A stretch of 30,097 bases of DNA from a virus. Lineage: Duplodnaviria > Caudoviricetes. The translations under genes and the position numbers were made by a program. Where the stretch lies: positions 1 to 30,097 of the IMG/VR virus record IMGVR_UViG_3300033487_000236. One strand, written 5' to 3'. Below, piece by piece: positions 26,441 to 30,097 of this stretch (position 1 is the stretch's first letter; the number at the start of each line of letters is the position of its first letter). Under the pieces are notes generated by a model. That model did no database searches. It was given only the letters and a program-made list of their open reading frames with translations, and had not been told where the DNA came from.

Positions 26441-27630
26441 TTTACACACCTCCACCATTTGACTAGATTCCCTTCCTTGAGATACTCGGCGCATGGCCTG
26501 GGCCTCTCGAGGGAGGGGGATTCGCTACGGTGCCCGATGGCGCCGTTGTTTACGGACAGGACCTGATCGACGGCGTAGCCGGAGAGCGCCTTGAGCGGCC
26601 GGTGGTCGATCCGCCTCATATCCCAGGGCTCCGTGCCGCTGAAGATCTGGCCCTGGGAGAGATAGCACCCGCCGGCCGCGCCTTGGCTCAGGATCTCCTT
26701 CCTGAGCTTTGCCATCTGGAGAGGACTCGCGTCGTGATACCCGGCAAAGGACTCCATGGGCCCGTCCCCGTTCCACGCGCCATCCGTGTTCCAGATCACC
26801 CGGCTCACCGGCCAGCCGTTAGGCCGGGCGGCGATATCGGCTACCTCGATGATCCCGTGCTGATCCCAAATATCCGCCGCCTGGCCGCCGGAATTGTCCA
26901 TGAGCGCCAGGACGTCCGGGCCGCTGATCGGAGGCCGTGCTGAAACGATCGTCTTGGTGTATTTCAGGTTGTGAAGCGCGGAGCACCTGAGCCGGATCCA
27001 CTCGAGCTGCTCCTCGAGCGGGCACTCGATCTCTCCCGTTTCAGGGTTCGTTATCCGATAGCCGATCTCGTTTCGGGGCTCCCCGAAGATCGTCACCATA
27101 CCCAAAGAATACCATAGGTCGATCACCGAGAGCTCGTAAAAAAAGTGGTAGTCGTTTAGGCCCAGGCCGATCGAGCCGCCCGGGATCGCCGCCTCGACGC
27201 CGCCCGAGTAGGCGCCAGGGACGTTCCAGTAAGGATATCGCTGGACGTTCGAGTAGAAGCATTGATTGAACCGATAGACTCCGCCATCGGCCTCGGAGCA
27301 CCGGTCCTCGAACACGAACCAGGGGATGATCCCCCGGAGCTTCATGTGCTCGAAAATGTCCTTGAGCCTGTCCCAATAGGGAGGATAGAGGACCGCGAGA
27401 TCGTAGATCGGGACGTCCGGATATCCGGGTTCGCCGGCCATGGCGTAGGGATTCCAGGTCCCGATCCGCATGAACGGCGTCATTGGATTGGCCTGGCTCA
27501 GGTCCCCGTCCAGGTAGTCCCCGAAAAACCTGATGCAATTCCCGCCGAAATCGGCCGTGTAGTCGATGTAATCGTGAAGATCGCCATAGGCCGTAAACGG
27601 CAGGGACATGGATGAGATAATCGGTATCAT
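26437..27630 (-). CDS. TIM-barrel glycoside hydrolase-like protein (clan GH-A / GH5-like)
   Basis: GGNCIRFF, YWDRLKDIFEHMKLRGIIP, GEPRNE (N-E acid/base position), DIWDQHG and VIWNTDG in GH-A order; ATG 27630 with GAGGAG SD. Confidence 0.65.
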   Translation of the reverse strand: MIPIISSMSLPFTAYGDLHDYIDYTADFGGNCIRFFGDYLDGDLSQANPMTPFMRIGTWNPYAMAGEPGYPDVPIYDLAVLYPPYWDRLKDIFEHMKLRGIIPWFVFEDRCSEADGGVYRFNQCFYSNVQRYPYWNVPGAYSGGVEAAIPGGSIGLGLNDYHFFYELSVIDLWYSLGMVTIFGEPRNEIGYRITNPETGEIECPLEEQLEWIRLRCSALHNLKYTKTIVSARPPISGPDVLALMDNSGGQAADIWDQHGIIEVADIAARPNGWPVSRVIWNTDGAWNGDGPMESFAGYHDASPLQMAKLRKEILSQGAAGGCYLSQGQIFSGTEPWDMRRIDHRPLKALSGYAVDQVLSVNNGAIGHRSESPSLERPRPCAEYLKEGNLVKWWRCVK

Positions 27631-27631
27631 G

Positions 27632-27994
27632 TTATTTCTCCTCACCGGCGGCGAGGTCGTCAATCGCCTCCCAAATACTGATGCGCTTTCCGTTCACGAT
27701 GATAACCCCGAGCGGCCTTGTCAGTTGAGCCACCGCGATAACCCTCGCCTTCCACTCCTTGAGCGCGTCGTGTTCTCGGACAATCCTGTGAAGTTCGTCC
27801 TTCTGCTCAAACATAGACTCGGGTAATATGCAGATTGCCATGTGCAACGCCTCGCGCTTGGTCATGGCCTCCTCCTCGATCTCGCACTCCTCGCCGCACT
27901 CGGAGCAGATATAGCCGTTCTCCCAATTCCCATCTATCGGATAGGCGGGAGCGTCACAGCACTTGCTTATTCCCCAGGTCGTCGGATCGCTCAT
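27632..27994 (-). CDS. Hypothetical protein with an N-terminal zinc ribbon
   Basis: SKCCDAP...YICSECGEEC; a possible second in-frame start at 27865 follows GAGGAGGAGG. Confidence 0.6.
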   Translation of the reverse strand: MSDPTTWGISKCCDAPAYPIDGNWENGYICSECGEECEIEEEAMTKREALHMAICILPESMFEQKDELHRIVREHDALKEWKARVIAVAQLTRPLGVIIVNGKRISIWEAIDDLAAGEEK

Positions 27995-27995
27995 G

Positions 27996-28460
27996 TTAAA
28001 ACCGGACGTCCTCTCCGGGTTCGTCCTCCGGCCATGGCTCCGCGGCCTGGAGCGGCGGGGGCTTCTTCCAGTATCCTCGGCCGTGCTTCTTGATGTAGTC
28101 GATCCTGGCCTGGATCCGCCTCTTGCCCGTCGCGCAATCACAAAAGACCTCGCGGCCGCATCCCCCGTCCGGAACAACGTCCCGGCCCTCCCCGTGACAT
28201 TTATCACATTCCGGGATATCCGAATAGTCCCGGCGGCCGGCCTCGGCCATGGCCTCCTCGATCGCCTGGTCGATCTCAGGGATCAGGGGGAACGTCCTGA
28301 AGGCGTGGGTCCGGATCAGGTTGTCGATGGCCTGGAGGAAGATCACCGCGTTATATTTCTCGTATTCCTTCCAGTAGATCTCGACATTCGCCTCGTCGAG
28401 CTCCTTCTGGAGATAGCTCTCCAGGCGGTAGATCCCTTCACCGAATTCAGAGCGGGTCAT
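27996..28460 (-). CDS. Putative helicase loader/inhibitor (SPP1 G39P-like N-terminus) with a Cys4 zinc finger
   Basis: MTRSEF...EIYW...FLQAIDNLIRT...FPLIPEI then CDKCHGEG...FCDC; downstream of the initiator. Confidence 0.6.
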   Translation of the reverse strand: MTRSEFGEGIYRLESYLQKELDEANVEIYWKEYEKYNAVIFLQAIDNLIRTHAFRTFPLIPEIDQAIEEAMAEAGRRDYSDIPECDKCHGEGRDVVPDGGCGREVFCDCATGKRRIQARIDYIKKHGRGYWKKPPPLQAAEPWPEDEPGEDVRF

Positions 28461-28935
28461 TGAACGTTCTCCAGATAATGAGGCCAGGGTCGCATTTATA
28501 TTGCTCCTGGACTAATCCCGTGTAGCGACTGTCCTTTACGGGTTCGATCCACCACTCAAGATAAGTCATGCCGTCAACAATTCCCATGTGTTTTTGGTCG
28601 GCGCTCAGGTGGATGATAAAAGTAGGCTTCTTTACGGCACGGTCCCAGGCGCTTCTGGACATAATCAGATAATCACGGAAAGGCCAATCGTCCAGGCCGG
28701 TAAAAGTATGCGACGTTTGCTTAACCTCGATCCGTTGCTGTGATTCTCCCGGCTTGTCGATAAAGATATCTCCGTGATCTGAGTAATTTCGCCATTCGGC
28801 GCGTGTCGGCGCGACCCTCGGCGGAGGCATAGAGAATCCATATCCCTGTCCCCACCACCAATGAGCGACCAGCCAAACCGGGCCCCAGGAGGCCCGGACC
28901 TGAGCCTTGAATATCTCATGGTTTTCGTCGATCAT
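28447..28935 (-). CDS. PD-(D/E)XK-type nuclease-like protein
   Basis: DHGDIFI...QRIEVKQ catalytic pattern; visibly more AT-rich than its neighbours. Confidence 0.55.
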   Translation of the reverse strand: MIDENHEIFKAQVRASWGPVWLVAHWWWGQGYGFSMPPPRVAPTRAEWRNYSDHGDIFIDKPGESQQRIEVKQTSHTFTGLDDWPFRDYLIMSRSAWDRAVKKPTFIIHLSADQKHMGIVDGMTYLEWWIEPVKDSRYTGLVQEQYKCDPGLIIWRTFNDPL

Positions 28936-29765
28936 GGCTTATCTTTCCCCGCAAACCTCTCCCATTTCTTGCTCCCGGTCCTGGCCGCCGGCCGGTCCCG
29001 CTCGAGGTAGTTTCCCTCGAGGACCTTGACATAATTGGACGGGCAGATCAGCCAATCGAACGTGAGGAGAAAGGGGTGTTCCTTCTTGCCCTGGGCCTCA
29101 CCGATCAGGAAGGGGGACCTCGAGATTATGTCCTTGACCTTGGCCAGGAAGTCCAGGCCATACTCCGCGATCCGGCGGTTGATCTGGCGTATCCTGGTCG
29201 ATCCGGACCGGATCCCGCTGATGGTGGGGAGCGCGTGGAGGACGGCGATCTCGTTCCATTGACGCATTATGTCCTGGTAAAGGCTCGGGTGCCCGACGAT
29301 CGACTCGGGGGATAATGAAGAAGATTCTATCTTATTATCTAAGACAGAAGCATATACGTCCGGACTGTCCGGAATGTGTCCGGACTTGTCCGGACTTGTC
29401 CCGGCCATGGACTTGAACTGGCGGAGCTGACGTTTCCTAACAGATTCCGGGTTATGGGAATAGTGCCACACCGAGCGGTAATACTGATAGTTGATTATCA
29501 GGAACCCCCCATCGACCCTCCGGATCCTCCGCCCCTCGTTGTCCCTTGTCCTCGAGTATTTGTCCGGGCCCTCGAGCTTCCCCAGGGCCGCCAGGACGTT
29601 CTCCATGGCCATGTGGCCGACACCCGAGATAAAAAGCTCCGAGATCGGCGCAATCCCGTCCGGCCGGCAGGAGGCCAGAAGGATGATCCAGACCTTCAGC
29701 GTGTCCGAGTCCTCCGCGATGATCGAGCTCTGGAGGATCCCGGCGTCCAGCTTTGTGAATCCCAT
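28932..29765 (-). CDS. Phage replication initiator (replisome organiser, lambda O-like layout)
   Basis: MGFTKL..GILQSSI...KVWIILLA..DG winged-helix-like N-terminus, internal iteron repeats, and C-terminal SPFLIGE...TFDWLICPSNYVKVLEGNY. Start set at ATG 29765. Confidence 0.85.
   Translation of the reverse strand: MGFTKLDAGILQSSIIAEDSDTLKVWIILLASCRPDGIAPISELFISGVGHMAMENVLAALGKLEGPDKYSRTRDNEGRRIRRVDGGFLIINYQYYRSVWHYSHNPESVRKRQLRQFKSMAGTSPDKSGHIPDSPDVYASVLDNKIESSSLSPESIVGHPSLYQDIMRQWNEIAVLHALPTISGIRSGSTRIRQINRRIAEYGLDFLAKVKDIISRSPFLIGEAQGKKEHPFLLTFDWLICPSNYVKVLEGNYLERDRPAARTGSKKWERFAGKDKP
29358..29405. repeat. Iteron-like repeats: putative replication origin
   Basis: GTCCGGAC / GTCCGGAA / GTCCGGAC / GTCCGGAC / GTCCCGGC at 9-11 bp spacing, next to an AT-rich tract (about 29311-29357), inside the initiator gene. 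Confidence 0.7.
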
Positions 29766-29766
29766 G

Positions 29767-30097
29767 TCATTTTTTCCTCTTGAGCCGGTAGATCGCCAAT
29801 GCGTGAAGAAAGATCTGATACTCGTCCTCGAGCTCCGTCCGCCGCTTCTCGTCGAATTCCTCGGTATTCGCCCGGGGGATATTGAGGATTGTCGCTCCCT
29901 CAACCGGGAATCCATTTTCTATGAGCGCCCCCTTATAAGCTGCCGCCTGGAGGAAATGGTCGTCGTAAATTCTTTTGCCCGTCTTGAAGTCGATCACGTC
30001 CAGGGCGCCGTCCACCAGGCCGTAGTAGTCCGGCGTCCCCCCGAAAGCGTGTTTGTCCGAAACGATGGCTTCTTCGACCCGGACAGGCTCGAGGGTG
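29767..30097 (-). CDS. PD-(D/E)XK exonuclease (RecB/Cas4-like superfamily), 5' part outside the window
   Basis: VEEAIVS...FGGTPD...VIDFKTG...LQAAAY motifs; the frame stays open to the window edge. Confidence 0.85.
   Translation of the reverse strand, partial: TLEPVRVEEAIVSDKHAFGGTPDYYGLVDGALDVIDFKTGKRIYDDHFLQAAAYKGALIENGFPVEGATILNIPRANTEEFDEKRRTELEDEYQIFLHALAIYRLKRKK

Larger units (their letters stand above)
1..30097. mobile_element. Segment of a tailed dsDNA phage/prophage (podovirus-like)
   Basis: TerL, portal, tailspike, endolysin, ejection-type proteins and a replication initiator in two convergent, overlapping gene blocks; no host housekeeping genes. No integrase or att site is visible, so free phage versus prophage is undetermined. 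Confidence 0.95.

Noticed and set aside
26520-26560. ECF-type promoter (AAC...CGTA) upstream of the sigma gene
   Set aside because: Too short and degenerate to support without a known consensus.
29358-29405. Possible CRISPR mini-array
   Set aside because: 8-bp units with 1-3 bp gaps and no spacers; better explained as iterons. No CRISPR array was seen anywhere in the window.
25550-29783. + strand ORFs such as 25550-26566, 27963-28463 and 29376-29783
   Set aside because: Shadows of the motif-bearing - strand genes.
29766-29915. N-terminal extension of the initiator in the ORF track
   Set aside because: Overlaps the exonuclease in another frame; the family-like MGFTKL start is at 29765.
29767-30097. 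Cas4 call for the exonuclease
   Set aside because: No C-terminal Fe-S cysteine cluster and no cas context; a generic phage PD-(D/E)XK exonuclease.
1-30097. tRNA genes, DGR/reverse transcriptase, integrase, introns/inteins, stop-codon recoding
   Set aside because: None seen. Core genes are intact and of ordinary length in code 11, and all three stop codons terminate genes.

Overview
The whole window reads as part of a GC-rich (roughly 60% by eye) dsDNA tailed phage or prophage with podovirus-like (P22/T7-style) virion architecture. It uses the standard genetic code with GGAGG Shine-Dalgarno sites, and a lipoprotein spanin-like gene points to a diderm bacterial host. The + strand (1-23083) is one tightly packed late operon: tail/accessory proteins, nozzle-like protein, beta-helix tailspike, M15 endolysin with spanin-like genes, GNAT protein, three ejection-type proteins, a 3068-aa polyvalent ejection protein, putative TerS, TerL and portal. 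No major capsid gene is recognisable here. The - strand (23080-30097) converges on it and holds a PD-(D/E)XK exonuclease, a replication initiator with internal iterons, a second nuclease, a helicase-loader-like protein, a TIM-barrel glycoside-hydrolase-like gene, an ECF sigma/LuxR-HTH gene, a membrane-anchored Ig-like protein, small membrane proteins, a resolvase and a holin-like gene. The most notable observations are a jelly-roll domain nested inside its own paralogue, a giant protein with a beta-clamp-like module and clamp-binding-like motifs, a sigma/membrane/glycosidase cluster, apparent absence of GTAC and GTMKAC, a perfect (G3T)3G3 quadruplex, and a terminator antisense to the holin-like gene. 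All calls come from motif reading by eye; no searches were run.
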